The position numbers and the translations under genes are program-made. A stretch of DNA of 63,853 bases, counting the filler, from Parasitella parasitica NRRL 2501 (lineage: Eukaryota; Fungi; Mucoromycota): the NCBI GenBank assembly GCA_025201805.1. It is 10 parts of 10 records of this genome, joined end to end, with 100 filler letters (N's around TTAATTAATTAA, not from the genome) between each part and the next. Parts side by side here need not be neighbours in the genome. Positions count along the whole stretch, not along the records: positions 62,844 to 63,853 come from MU619686.1; 9 more parts are not named here. One strand, written 5' to 3'. Shown here piece by piece: positions 63,834 through 63,853 of this stretch. The first letter of the stretch is position 1; each line of letters begins with the position of its first letter. Under the pieces are notes generated by a model. That model searched no databases. It worked only from the letters and a program-made list of their open reading frames with translations, and was not told where the DNA came from.

Positions 63834-63853
63834 CTAGTTTTTTTTTTTTTTTT

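Overview
Eukaryotic, AT-rich fungal DNA with short GT-AG introns. Gene and TE content point to a Mucorales (Mucor/Parasitella/Rhizopus-like) draft assembly; the taxon is inferred. About 1-16.2 kb is a compact block of housekeeping genes: Zn2Cys6 pseudogene, FSH1-family hydrolase, Nup53/35, mitochondrial carrier, MCT-type MFS transporter, CDC23/APC8, SPA2 and a sugar porter. From about 17 kb onward it is mostly transposon-derived: a Tc1 element nested in an LTR and itself hit by a solo LTR, two chromodomain Ty3/gypsy copies, a third gypsy, a Crypton, a Helitron, CACTA ends and several L1-like LINEs. That part also holds tRNA-Asn(GTT), a group III hybrid histidine kinase with at least 17 HAMP repeats and a partial CAP-Gly gene. 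Nine artificial N44-TTAATTAATTAA-N44 linkers join contigs, so adjacency across them is unproven. No novel multi-gene system can be demonstrated from sequence alone. The best leads are a LINE with TAATG-coupled ORFs and a PAM2-like motif in ORF2, a predicted 2-nt micro-exon, the expanded poly-HAMP kinase, a candidate splice donor at a gypsy gag/pol boundary, and an LTR element just downstream of a tRNA gene.
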